Assembly (NCBI RefSeq): GCF_902713615.1
Contig: NC_052162.1
Location: 130,844,653 to 130,908,652 of the forward strand
Origin: Scyliorhinus canicula
Taxonomy: Eukaryota
Direction: 5' to 3'
Length of the DNA: 64,000 nucleotides
Shown here: piece by piece, positions 11,997-23,819 of the stretch
How positions within the stretch are numbered: position 1 is the stretch's first letter
Layout of the letters: each line of letters opens with the position of its first letter
Notes under the pieces: generated by a model
Database searches by the model: none
Told to the model about the DNA's origin: nothing
The model's input: the letters and a program-made list of their open reading frames with translations, nothing else
Program-made: the position numbers and the translations under genes

Positions 11997-12399
11997 GATC
12001 ACATTTTTCATAATAGACTCCAGCATCTTCCCCACTCCTGATGTTCGGCTAACTGGTCCGCAATTCTCCCTCTTTTCTCTCCCTCCATTTTTAAATAATG
12101 GAGTTACATTTTCCACATTCCAATCTGGAGGAACTGCTTCAGAGTGGTCCCCACCGGGGTCTCACTTCCCACTGCTACTCGACGGACTCATGACCAGTTC
12201 CTTCGCAATCCCGGAAAATCCCTAGCATCCTCCCCGCTAAAGGCAGTGGAGAAGATGGGTGCTGTCCATCTCGACAACTCCAGGGAGAACCATCCCACCC
12301 ATTACATTAACTATTCAAGGGATACTATGAGGCTAATTGGGAAGGTCCACGTGATGTTCTACATAGATTGGGACAAACAAATCCTTTTCCACCCCCTCT

Positions 12400-12589
12400 T
12401 TTTTGTTAAATTTAGAGTACCCAATTGTTAATTTTTTTCCCAATTAAGGGGCAATTTAGCGTGGTCAATCCACCTACACTGCACATCTTTGGGCAAACTC
12501 CACAGGGACAGTGACCCAGGGCCGGGATCGAACCCGGGTCCTCGGTGCCATGAGGTAACAGTGCTAACCACTGCGCCCCCATGCTGCCC
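12400..12589 (-). mobile_element. V-SINE, A-tailed
   Basis: Family match; GACAAACAAATC duplicated on both sides. Confidence 0.8.
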
Positions 12590-12621
12590 AGACAAACAAA
12601 TCTAATATTAGAGAATTGGAA

Positions 12622-12848
12622 GGGCAGCACGGTGGCACAGTGGGTTAGCACTGTTTTCTCACGGCGCCGAGGTCCCAGGTTCGACCCCGGCTCTGGGTCA
12701 CTGTCCGTGTGGAGTTTGCACATTCTCCCCGTGTTTGTGTGGGTTTCGCACCCACAACCCGAAGATGTGCAGGCTAGGTGGATTGGCCATGCTAAATTGC
12801 CCCTTAATTGGAAAAAATTAATTGGGTACTCGAAATTTATTAAAAAAA
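12622..12848 (+). mobile_element. V-SINE, A-tailed
   Basis: TSD AGAGAATTGGAA. Confidence 0.85.
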
Positions 12849-12922
12849 GAGAATTGGAAATGAGAAGAGGAAATAGAATAACTGCTGTACCTTGGAGATT
12901 AATGTAAACTGTACAACAATGA

Positions 12923-13170
12923 AGCACTGTTGCTTCACAGCGTCAGGGTCCCAGGTTCAATTCCCAGCTTGGGTCACTGTCTGTGCGGAGTCTGCACGTT
13001 CACCCAGAGTCTGCGTGGGTTTCCTCTGGGTGCTCCGGTTTCCTTCCACAAGTCCCGAATGACGTGCTGTTAGGTAAATTGGACATTCTGAATTCTCCCT
13101 CTGTGTACCCAAACAGGCGCCAGAATGTGGTGACTAGGGGATTTTCACAGTAACTTCAGTGCAATGTTGC
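12923..13170 (+). mobile_element. V-SINE head with GAATGTGGTGACTAGGG-type tail
   Basis: Family match. Confidence 0.75.
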
Positions 13171-13503
13171 TGTGTTTGATTTTATCCAATAGGGATAAGA
13201 TGTGGACAATCATTGTGCTCCTGAACTGTGTCCAGGCTGAAGTTCGGTTCCTGCCGTACAATCCTCCCCGAGATTATCCTTTCTGAGCTCCAGACAGGTG
13301 ATGTTAAACACTCAGGTGGAGAAGACAAAAATTTACAACAATGGTTTGTAGGATGAAAACAAATCGGATATATTTGATAAATAACCACAATTGTAAACTT
13401 CAGTCCAGACATTAATATATACAGAAACAAATTTCCGCCGTCATAATGGTATCATTTGGATGTGATTAACAGCAGCAACAACATGAAAATCAAAATCCTG
13501 TCA

Positions 13504-14322
13504 TCACTTGTGAACTCGTCGGTGTCTCACCAGGTGGGACGACTGAGTGAATGCTTTCCCACACTCGGAGCAGGAAAACAACCTCTCGCCAGTGTGAACT
13601 CGCTGATGTCTCAGGAGGTTAGATGAAAGCACAAATCCTTTCCCACACTCCGAGCAGGTGAACAGTCCCTCCCCAGTGTGTGTACCTTGGTGAGTCAGCA
13701 CCTCATGCCTGCTTTTGAAGCTCATCTCGCAATCAGAACATTTATAAGGTCTCTGATCAGTGTGAACCAGTTGGTGGGCATTGAGGTGGGTCGACCGTGT
13801 GAATCCTTTCCAGCACACAGAGCAGGTGAACGGTCTCTCCCCAGTGTGAATCCGCTGGTGTGTCAGCAGGTGGGATGACTGAGTGAAATTTCTCCCACAA
13901 GTGGTGCAAATGAACGGCCTTTCCCCAGTGTGAATTCGCTGGTGTATCCGAAGAGCGGATGAATTGATGAATCCCTTCCCACACACGGAGCAGGTGTACG
14001 GCCTCTCCTCAGTGTGAGTATATTGGTGTCTCAGAAGTTCAGATGATCGCGTGAATCCCTTCCCACACAAGGAGCAAGGGAACGGTCTCTCCCCACTGTG
14101 AATGTATTGATGAGTTTCCAGCTGGGATTGGTATTGGAATACTTTCCCACAGTTCTCACATTGCCACGGTTTCACCAGGATGTGGTTGTCCTCGTGGTTC
14201 TCCAGGTTGGATGATCAGTTGAAGCCTTGTCCACACACAGAACAAACGGGCAGGTTCTCCCCACAGTAAATGGTGTGCTGTTTTTTCTCACAGACAGAAC
14301 AAACAACAATTTCTCCTTCCAT
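13504..14322 (-). pseudogene. C2H2 zinc-finger gene A: 8 intact fingers (13504-14175), but an in-frame TGA at 14217-14215 lies between the ATG (14322) and the array
   Basis: Eight CxxC-x12-HxxxH fingers with TGERP-type linkers; acceptor TTTTATAG before 14408; the paralogs' ATG GAG AAA CCG is CTG GTG AAA CCG here. Confidence 0.75.
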
Positions 14323-14886
14323 ATTCCGATCCTGATGAATTGAGCCACTCTGACAGATCCTGATAATTGGTTTTAGATTCCAGTCTGTAAATTCGCCCCT
14401 CTGATACCCTATAAAAGAGTTGACATAGAAGTTCACAGATTACAGAGAATAGAAACAGGCATTCGGCCCGTCTATGGTCTGCTGATGACACAAGCATCTC
14501 CTCCTATTCCATCTACTCGGCTCAGATGTGCAGTTTCTCTTTCTATTCCCTTTCCTCTCATGCACTCGTCTAGTTTCCTTTTGAAGGTATCTTGGCCTTT
14601 TGCCACAACTGTCTCCTGTGCTAGCGAGTTCCACATCCTAACCGCTTGGAGTCAACTCCTTATTTCTCCTTATTTCCCCTGGAATTATCTGTAACTTTCA
14701 TTGAATTCTGACATCTAGTTCTGGATTCTCCCACAAATGGAAACAATCTCTTCACACCGTCAAGGGCTCACATGGTAGACTGGGAAGAAAAATAAAATCT
14801 CAAAAGATCCAAAGCAAGTTATAAATTTGATCCATAATTGGGTTAATGGCAGGAAGTGATGATTGATTTTTTTTGTGGCTGGAAGA

Positions 14887-15195
14887 TTCATAGAATCCCT
14901 ATAGTGCAGAAGGAGGCCATTTGGCCCATAGAGTCTGCACTGACCCTCCGAAAGAGTACTCCATCTAGGCTAGGCCCACTCCCTCGCCCTTTTCCCATAA
15001 TGCTGCACATTGATCATGGCTATTCCATCTAACCCACACATCTATGGACTGCGGGAGGAAACCGGAGAACGCAAAGGATACTGAGATAGACACAGGGAGA
15101 ATGTACAAACTCCGCACAGTCACCCAAGGCCAGAATTGAACCCGGGTTCCTGCCGCTCTTAGGCAGCAGGGCTAACCATTGTACCACCATACTGT
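14887..15195 (-). mobile_element. V-SINE with CR1-type tail
   Basis: Family match. Confidence 0.75.
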
Positions 15196-15379
15196 CATTT
15201 GAACCTTGATCCTTTTGAACAAAGTCCACAACTGGAGATAACTTAATTCATGATTTGTGACAAGACATGATTCTGTATCACCCTGACTGAGCGGACAGAA
15301 TAACAGACTTTAACTTTGAGTCCAGAACTGATTGTGTGGAGATTTTCTCAGTGGAGCCTCAGTCAGGAATGGAGACATA

Positions 15380-16085
15380 GACAATTTTTTAAATGGGGAA
15401 ATGCTTAGGAAATCAGAAGCGCAAAAGGACTTGTTCAAGATTCTCTTGAGGTTAACGCGCAGGTTCAGTCAGCAGTTAGGAAAGCAAATGCAATGTTAGC
15501 ATTCATGTCGAGAGAGCTCGAATACAAGAGCAGGGATGTACTTCTGAGGCCCTGATCAGACCCCATTTGGAGTATCGTAAGCGGCTTTGGGCCCCATATC
15601 TGAGGGAGGATGTGTTGGCCTTGGAGGAGGTTCACAAGAATGATCCCTGAAATGAAGAGCTTGTCATATGAGGAATGGTTGAGGACTCTGGGTCTTTACT
15701 CATTGGGAGTTAAGAAGGATGGGGGGGGGGGGGGGGAATCTTATTGAAACTTACAGGATACTGCGAGGCCTGGATAGAGTGGACGTGGAGAGGATGTTTC
15801 CACGAGTAGGAAAAACTAGAACCAGAGGATGCAATCTCAGACTAAAGGGAGGATCCTTCAAAACAGAGATGAGGCACTTCTTCAGTAGAGGGTGGTGAAT
15901 CTGTGGAACTCTTTGACGCAGAAGGTTGTGGAGTCCAAATTACTGAGTGTCTTTAAGATTAATAAGGCAATCGGGGTTTCTGGGGAAAAGGCAAGAGAAT
16001 GAGGATGAGAAAAATATCAGCCATGATTGAATGGACTCGATGGGCCGAGTGACCTAATTCTGTTCCGATGTCTTATGGTGTTATA
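15380..16085 (+). mobile_element. CR1 3' fragment
   Basis: AGACCCCATTTGGAGTA, AGGGTGGTGAATCTGTGGAAC, CR1 3'UTR. Confidence 0.75.
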
Positions 16086-16106
16086 AATTCCAGATTTTAT
16101 TAATTC

Positions 16107-16305
16107 TTTTTAAAATAAATTTAGATAACCCAATTATTTTTTCCAATTAAGGGGCAATTTAGCGTGGCCAATCCACCTATCCTGCACATCTTTTGGGTTG
16201 TGGGGGCAAAACCCACGCAGACACGGGGAGAATGTGCAAACTACACACGGACAATGACCCAGGGCTGGGATTCGAACCCGGGTCTTCAGCGCCGTGAGGC
16301 AACAA
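16107..16305 (-). mobile_element. V-SINE, A-tailed
   Basis: Family match; GATTTTATTAATT duplicated. Confidence 0.8.
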
Positions 16306-16419
16306 GGATTTTATTAATTTAATGGATTTGAGCCCATGTCCCCAGAACATTTTCCTGTCTCTCTGGGTGACTAATGCAGTGACATTGTCACTGGATCAGT
16401 GTTTCTCCCCCTGGTCTCT

Positions 16420-16890
16420 GTGAGGTTGTGGAGAGAAGCCGGAAGTGACGGATAGCGAGAGTCGAGAATGTTCATTGTTCCACATTCGGCTCTGAGACCC
16501 CACTCGGGATTTGTAAACCCCGCCCCCCGCCGACACTGACCTCTCACCTAACACCTCACAATGCATGGTGAATGATTGACTGCTGCACGCGGCCAATAGG
16601 GGGATGGAGGCGGGGCCAGATGACCGAGCAGGAGCTGCTGGTCCTCCAACCAATCAGAATGAGTGAGGGGATGATAAACGGGAGACGGATGAACGGGGCG
16701 ACTTTATACCCACCCGGTGCAAGCGTGCATCCCGAATAAGAAGGTACCAAGTTGGTATCAAACAGAAAGTCAGCAGCGAAATTTCCTTTGGTGACAGACC
16801 CTGGTCAATGGCCGCTATCTTTGTCGCCGCCATCTTTATAGGGGTCTGCCGAGATGTGCGCATGCGCAGTGGTCCTGGAGCAGCAGGAGG
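16420..16890. promoter_or_regulatory. CpG-rich, probably bidirectional promoter between ZNF A (minus) and ZNF remnant B (plus)
   Basis: ETS CCGGAAGTG about 16439; CCAAT about 16593 and 16650; GC box GGCGGGG; YY1 CCGCCATCTT about 16827; NRF1 TGCGCATGCGCA about 16857. Confidence 0.7.
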
Positions 16891-16939
16891 GAGAAAATGT
16901 CAATTTCTATCCCAGACTGACATTGATGTATTCTGGAAA

Positions 16940-17660
16940 CTCCTTTCCCAGGGGAATTTTCAGACAGGAAACAAAGCAAAGCATCACCTTATGATTTGGT
17001 AGGATCACTCGATTCACCAGGACCTGAACATGATCAGCCTTTGCACATGAAAGCAATGAGCCCTGTTTGATGTGGGGAGAAACAGTTCAAGTGTTGTGAA
17101 TGTGGTCGAGATCTTAACCTATTGTCTGACCTTTTGAAACACATGCACAGTCACACTGGGGAGAAACCGTGGAAAGGAGTTTAATCACCCGTCTGACCTG
17201 GAAAGAGATTTACCAGCATACTCACACTCGAGAGGGCAACATGGTGGCTCAGTGGATTAGCACGCCTTAGTGGGTTAGCCGAGGTCCCAGGTTCAATCCC
17301 AGCCCTGGATCACTATCTGTGTGGAGTTTGCACATTCTCCCCGTGTTTGTGTGGGTTTCACCCCCACAACCCAAAGATATGTAGGCTAGGTGGATTGGCC
17401 ACGGTAAATTGCCCCTTAATTGGCCACGGTAAATTGCCCCTTAATTGGAAAAAAATTAATTGGGTACTCTAAATTTTTTTTAAATACTCACACTAGAGAG
17501 AGCTTTCACCTGTATTGAATGTGGGATGCTCATCAATAAGGGACTGTTTAAATGTTGTGACTCTGAGAAGAGATTTTAAAACACAAGTGAATCACCAATA
17601 CGCTCACACTGGGAAGAGACTGTTTACCTGCCCTGTGTGTGGGAGATCAGTGTAGGGTCA
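16940..17660 (+). pseudogene. Decayed C2H2 ZNF exon (remnant B), with a SINE at 17234-17485
   Basis: GAGAAACAGTTCAAGTGT, CACACTGGGGAGAAACCGTGGAAA, CACACTGGGAAGAGACTGTTTACCTGC remnants with frameshifts. Confidence 0.7.
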
Positions 17661-17717
17661 TCCTGAGCCCACATGGACATCACAACCTCCCCCTTTTGGG
17701 GCAATTCACAGTCAGAT

Positions 17718-18045
17718 CATCATAGAATTTACAGTGCAGAAGGAGGCCATTCGGCCCATCGAGTCTGCACCGGCTCCTGGAAAGAGCACCCTACCCAAGG
17801 TTAACACCTCCACCCTATCCCCATAACCCAGTAACCCCACCCAACACTAAGGGCAATTTAGCATGGCCAATCCACCTGACCTGCACATCTTTGGACTGTG
17901 GGAGGAAACTGGAGCACCCGGAGGAAACCCACGCACACACGGGGAGGATGTGCAGACTCCATACAGACAGTGACCCAAGCCGGAATCAAACCTGGGACCC
18001 TGGAGCTGTGAAGCGATTGTGCTATCCGCAATGCTACCGTGCTGC
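17718..18045 (-). mobile_element. V-SINE with CR1-type tail
   Basis: Family match. Confidence 0.85.
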
Positions 18046-18387
18046 TACTGAGCAGCACCTCACCCTCCAGAAATCGCATAAACTTCCCATTTCTGGTCAG
18101 CTCACAGTCAGTACTGATACTTATCCTCTTCAAGACATCACAAACTGTCCCCTATCTGGTGTAATCATTGCTGGAGGATTGCAGCCAAATCATAGAAACA
18201 AGAGGACTAGGCCATTTAGCCCCTCGGGTCTGCTCCACTATCAATTAGATCGTGTTTGATCTACACCTCAGCTCCATTTTCCCATCTTGATCCATTTCCT
18301 TTGCTATCTTTATTTAACTAGAAATATTGATTCCTGTCTTGGGAATGGTGATGGGAATCTGGACCAATCTCCCAAACGGCCGTGGTT

Positions 18388-19035
18388 ATCATGGAATCAT
18401 AGAATTTACAGTGCAGAAGAAGGCCATTCGGCCCATCAACTCTGCACCGGCTCTTGGAAAGAGCACCCTACCCAAGCCCACACTCCACCCTATCCCCACA
18501 ACCCAGCAACCCTACCCAACACTAATGGCAATTTTTGACACTAAGGGCAATTTAGCATGGCCAATCCACCTAACCTGCACATATTTTGACTGTGGGAGGA
18601 AACCGGAGCACCCGGCGGAAACCCACACAGACACGGAGAACGTGCAGACTCCCAAGCGTGCACAGTAACCCAAGCCAGGAATGGACCCTGGAGCTGTGAA
18701 GCAATTGTGCTAACCACTATGTGATGGAACCATCAATTTACCAGACACGTGTTTCCGATGTGAATCTAGGCTTTAATCGACTTACTTCAGAGCCAGCCTG
18801 TTACCTGTCGATGAACTCGTAGTGACCCAGGCTGACTCTGGACACGGGTATTTATACAGCTGCACTAGGGGAGGAGTCGTGGGCGGAACCAAGGGTGGAG
18901 CCCAGTACAAGTTCCTGAGTGCTCCCAGCATTACTCCCCCTAGTGGTAGGACAGCGCTACTGCGCTTACAAAGACAGTGTGAATTAACATATATACATCT
19001 ATATTACATTCACCACACTATGCTACTGTGCTCCA
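18388..19035 (-). mobile_element. V-SINE with CR1-type tail, head split by a solo LTR
   Basis: SINE sequence resumes after 19017. Confidence 0.8.
18722..19017 (-). mobile_element. Solo LTR (Gypsy-like), 296 bp
   Basis: Minus strand TGTGGTGAATG...GGTTCCATCA; 5-bp TSD CTATG (18717-18721, 19018-19022). Confidence 0.85.
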
Positions 19036-19123
19036 CACCCACAGGGTTTCATCTGTTTAAAGCCACAAACAGAAAGGTCCAATTTACTCCTGGAAAGTTT
19101 GAGACAAACCAGCTTTCAAAATG

Positions 19124-19310
19124 ATGATGTGGAGATGCCAGCGTTGGACTGGGGTGAGCACAGTAAGAAGTCTTGCAACACCAGGTTAAAGTCCAACAGG
19201 TTTGTTTCAAATCACTGGCTTTCAGAGCACTGCTCACCTGAGGAAGGAGCAATGCTCCGAAAGCTAGTGATTGGAAAGAAACCTGTTGGACTTTAACCTG
19301 GTGTTGTAAG
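19124..19310. mobile_element. Penelope-like terminal repeat in foldback arrangement
   Basis: Inverted arms about 19172-19235 and 19246-19310; same termini flank GIY-YIG remnants at 53264-53766. Confidence 0.7.
19234..19270 (+). ncRNA. Minimal type I hammerhead ribozyme motif
   Basis: TCAC-CTGAGGA-A-GGAGC/AAT/GCTCC-GAAA-GCTA-GTGA: conserved core, stem II, stem I, palindromic AGCT at stem III. Confidence 0.75.
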
Positions 19311-19755
19311 CCCCTTTTTAAAAATAAACATTTTATTGAGGTATTTGTGGTATAGAAACAACAACAAAATAGACAAGATACATGAAACCATAAACATAGT
19401 GCAAAAACCGTTTATCTTTTGTACAGGTCCCACCCTCATTAAGGCTGAGGTATCAGGCTGAGCCTGGCACATGTTGAGGACGTGTTGACTCTCCTCAACG
19501 CGTCCGCCCATAGACCATCCTCTATCTCTCCTCTCAGTTCCTCCTCCCACTTGCGCTTCAGCTCCTCGGTCTCCGTCTCCTCCGACCCCAAAAGCTCCTT
19601 ATAGATGTCCGAGACGCTCCCCTCCCCTACCCACCCTCTGGAAATTACCCTGTCCTGAATCCCCCTCAGCGGTAGGAGTGGGAAGGTTGACACCTGTTTA
19701 CGAAGGAAGTCTCGCACCTGCAGATACCTTAATTTATTTCCCCTCGCCAGCCCAG
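19311..19755 (-). mobile_element. L1/Tx1-like ORF2 C-terminal and 3' end fragment
   Basis: SDIYKELL...KRKWEEEL...WADALRRVNTSSTCARLSLI; AATAAA and A-rich end. Confidence 0.7.
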
Positions 19756-19810
19756 TACTGGATGAGCAGAAATCTCCTCCAATTAAAAATTTGGGAAGAC
19801 CAAAGCTAAT

Positions 19811-20330
19811 GGGTGGGATTCTCTAATCCCACCGTAGAGTGTCCACGCCGTCGGGTTTTACGACGGCGTGAATGGGCCAACCCCACGACTAATTCTAGCC
19901 CCGACAGGGGGCCAGCACTGCACTGGAGCGGTCACGCCGCTCCAGCTGCTGATCCCGGCATGAACTGGATGCCGTGGGATCCACGCATGCGCAGTGGCTT
20001 CCTTCAACGCGCTGGCCCCGACGCAACATGACGCAGGACTACAGGGGCCAGCGTGTAGGAAAGGAGGCCCCCAGCCAGAGAGGCCGGCATGCCGATCGGT
20101 GGTCCAGGCCACATCGGAGCCCCCACCCCCTCCCTCCCCCGACCCCTCCACGCTGAGGTCCCGCTGGCTAAGAGCAGGTGTGGACGGCGCCGGCAGGACT
20201 TGCCGTTTTCACGACGGCCGCTTGGCCCATCCCGGGCTGAGAGTCACGTGCCGACGTCGGGGTGGCATGGCGCGATTCATGCCAGTCGCGGGGATTCTCC
20301 GGCCTACCCCGGGCTGAGAGAATCCCACCC
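19811..20330. mobile_element. Non-autonomous TIR element (MITE; PIF/Harbinger-like by inference)
   Basis: Perfect 13-bp TIR GGGTGGGATTCTC / GAGAATCCCACCC; flanks AAT and ACT; GC-rich non-coding interior. Confidence 0.75.
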
Positions 20331-20907
20331 ACTGTCTTCAATTACCACCATAAATTTAATTTCCTAACTACCAAGTCCATCCCTCTCTTTGGGAACTGTC
20401 TGAAGCTAAACCACACTGAAATCCAGATTTAACAACAAGATATTTTAATCCTCAAAACACCACCTGTCTCCACCGCCAGCCCAACTGGTCAGCAGCTGAA
20501 ACTCTCACACATGCCCCGCTACCTTTCAACTTGACGATTCCAATACATTCCTGTCCAGCCTCTCACATTCACCCGCCCCCACACGGAAATGTGAGATCAT
20601 CCTAAACTCTTGTTCATGTGCTTTAGGTCTCTGTGACTCTCAGTGTACATGTCTGTGTGTGTTCCTCTGCGGTTGGCAATGTGGTTCACTTCCCCATTAT
20701 TACCAATTGGAAGATTATTCACAGTAGTCGAGGAGCTTCATATTAAAATGCTAAAGAGTACAAAAACGAGCAGCTTTAAAACATGCAATTGGAAATTTCC
20801 TTCAGTAACTATTTTTGACTGGAGACTGTTCAGTATATAACTGCCCATATGCGGCAAAGTGGAGGATGATTGAAGTTTTCACTGCTCAGCATTTAAACAG
20901 CCACCGA

Positions 20908-20940
20908 GTTGTTGTGGTCGAGCGGTAAAGGCAACGGATA
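20908..20940 (+). pseudogene. Possible tRNA-Ser 5' half relic
   Basis: GTTGTTGTGGTCGAGCGGTAAAGGCAACGGA resembles tRNA-Ser GTAGTCGTGGCCGAGTGGTTAAGGCGATGGA; no 3' half. Confidence 0.35.
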
Positions 20941-21244
20941 CATATAATGAATAAATTTGTGGACACACATAGTCCAAACTGTAATCCCTTAGACATCAGG
21001 AGCTGTTTCTACTGCTGTCAAACCTCACTAGGAAAAGGAAAATAAAAGTTCAATCCCAAATGTTACAGGAACGGATTGTTTAGAATCACCAGGAAAGGGT
21101 AAACAATCTGAAACTCTTTTCTCTGGAAGGGAGAAAATTGATGACCTGAGAGAAGTAGGAAGCTTTGTCCCTATTTTGTCAGGAAATTTCTTTTTGGTCT
21201 CTGTAAACTGAGTTTATTAATGTTATAACAGATGCAAACGTGTA

Positions 21245-21588
21245 TAGAACATAGAACAGTACAGCACAGAACAGGCCCTTCGGCCCTCAATGTTGTGCCG
21301 AGCCATGATCACCCTACTCAAACCCACGTATCCACCCTATACCCGTAACCCAACAACCCCCCCTTAACCTTACTTTAATTAGGACACTACGGGCAATTTA
21401 GCATGGCCAATCCACCTAACCCGCACATCTTTGGACTGTGGGAGGAAACCGGAGCACCCGGAGGAAACCCACGCACACAGGGGGAGGACGTGCAGACTCC
21501 ACACAGACAGTGACCCAGCCGGGAATCGAACCTGGGACCCTGGAGCTGTGAAGCATTTATGCTAACCACCATGCTACCCTGCTGCCCC
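21245..21588 (-). mobile_element. Full-length HE1-like V-SINE with CR1 (TTCTATG)n tail
   Basis: Near identical to 44161 and 48204 copies. Confidence 0.9.
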
Positions 21589-21702
21589 TTAATTTGGTTA
21601 TAATTTGTTATAATAATTGGTTATAACAATTTGGTTATAATTTATAATGTTGATAATATCCAGCGATTATATTTGGAATTGATCTTTTTGCAGCTTACAT
21701 TG

Positions 21703-21928
21703 TTTTTTTTTTAAATTTAGAGTACCCAATTAATTTTTTCCAATTAAGGGGCAATTTAGCGTGGCCAATTCACCTCGCCTGCACATCTTTGGGTTGTGGG
21801 GGCGAAACCCACGCAAACACGGGGAGAATGTGCAAACTCCACACGGACAGTGACCCAGAGCCGGGATCGAACCTGGGACCTCGGCGCCGTGAGGCAGCAG
21901 CACTAACCACTGCGCCACCGTGCTGCCC
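21703..21928 (-). mobile_element. V-SINE, A-tailed
   Basis: 17-bp TSD TTGCAGCTTACATTGTT. Confidence 0.9.
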
Positions 21929-22894
21929 TTGCAGCTTACATTGTTAATTCCATTATAACGTTGACACTATCATTCTTGTGCCTGAGTGCTCACACAGCTT
22001 TTACTCGTGGGATGTTTACGTTTACTTGGGACATCAACAGCTCTATGACTCTCACTTCGAGTTTTGTCAGGAATTCGACATGAAGTGTATTCATTCAGCT
22101 GCTGAAACTGCATCAAACAATGACATCTTCAGAGATATCGAAAGAAAGATTCGACATTGAGATGTAGATTTTAAGATCATATTTTGTCATCTGCTGATTC
22201 AGCATTTTTATCAAACTCCCTGTCTACCATTAAACATTAGCAGTGACACTTCAATAATACTCCATTGTCTCAAAAGCACCTGAGTTCATGAAAATCTCTG
22301 TTTAAATGTAAGACTTTCTTTCTTTTCTTTATTTCTGTCTTGTCAGCCTCAGTTGACAATTATATGGAATGGTGAATGTATCTTTCAGTGTCTACCCCAC
22401 TCTCTGCGCCTATCTGTCTCTCTTTGCATATTTGCCTCTGTCTCTTTCACTCTCACAACCTGTCTCTCTCTCTTTTTTTCTCACTCATTGAGAAGTTTAA
22501 AATTCTGGAATAGTTTGCTTGTTCTTGCAGAGGGGCTGTTTCCCCTCTGGCTGGACCATCTGCAATTGGGCTCACAATTCTCCGGATAATGTGCCAACCA
22601 CTTCAGACTAAAATGAGGCGACATTTCTTCAGTCAAAGGCTGGTGAATCTTCAGAATTCGCTCTCCCAGAGATCTGTGAATCCTCAGTTAATCAGTAAAT
22701 TGCAACCATTGCAGAGTGGAATTACTGTGGGTTTGGTGAGAAGGGAGTAAAATTTTACACCTTAAAGTTTAATATTTTATAAAACTGCTTGCAATTTAAC
22801 ATTTAACTTAGAGCTGAAGTTTTTATAGGCTTGGTGGTAGGGTTAATCAAGCAAATCCAGTCCTCTGCTGAAGAGCAGATGAGATCAGCAAATT

Positions 22895-23445
22895 ATTATT
22901 ATTTTTTTAAAATTTAGAGTACCCCTTTTATTTTTACAAAGAAGGGGCAATTTAGCGTGGCTAATTCACCTACCCTGCACATCTTTTGGGTTGTGGGGTC
23001 AAAGCCCACGCAAACACGGGGAGAATGTGCAAACTCCACATGGACAGGGCAGCATGGTAGCACAAGTGAATAACACTGTGACTTCACAGCGCCAGGGTCC
23101 CAGGTTCGGTTCCCTGCTGGGTCACTGTCTGTGCAGAGTCTGCACGTTCTCCCCGTGTGTGCATGGGTTTCCTCCGGGTGCTCCGGTTTCCTCCCACATT
23201 CCAAAGACGTGCAGGTTAGGTGGATTGGCCATGATAAATTGCCCTTAGTGACCATAAAGGTTAGGTGGGGTTATTGGGATAGGGGGGAAAGTGAGGGCTT
23301 AAGTGGGTCGGTGCAGACTCGATGGACCGAATGGCCTCCTTCTGCACTGTATGTTATATGTTCTATGATAGAGACCCAGAGCCAGGATCGAACTTCAGTG
23401 CCATGAAGCAGCAGGGCTAACCTACTGCGCCACCGTGCTGCCCTG
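22895..23445 (-). mobile_element. A-tailed V-SINE containing a nested plus-strand CR1-tailed V-SINE (23047-23367)
   Basis: TSD TGAGATCAGCAAATTA; outer halves rejoin. Confidence 0.8.
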
Positions 23446-23819
23446 AGATCAGCAAATTAAATAACTGATCTAATCTGATTCTATAACTGCCAGATAAGAG
23501 ACCATCTGGATCTCAGTCATATAAATGGGAGAGTTTAAATGCACTGTCACAGTGAAACTAGATTAGCATGGAATTACTGTGAGTTTGGTAAGTGAGGGTG
23601 TTTGCTGAGGAGGGGAGAGAGAGAGTCTTCCTCTTTTCTTTTTCTTCCTCTCGCTTGCTCAGCTTCCAGCCGATCAGGAGTTGAGAAGCTGCATGAGCGG
23701 GCTGAGATTTGAAAACATCAAAGAATAACATCACAGGAGAAACATCATTACATTGGTTGGTGAGAAACTGCTGTAGGGCTTCAAATAGCTGAGAATTAGA
23801 AAAATGTATTATTTTAAAA

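Larger units (their letters stand above)
9440..12140 (-). mobile_element. Fragmented CR1 ORF2 3' portion with many nested SINEs
   Basis: HPEYGLQFWSPYLKKD, LYSLEFRRMRGDLIE, GFMKGKSNLTNL fragments. Confidence 0.8.

Noticed and set aside
21590-21655. AT-rich TTGGTTATAA repeats
   Set aside because: Short low-complexity slippage next to a SINE; no further structure.
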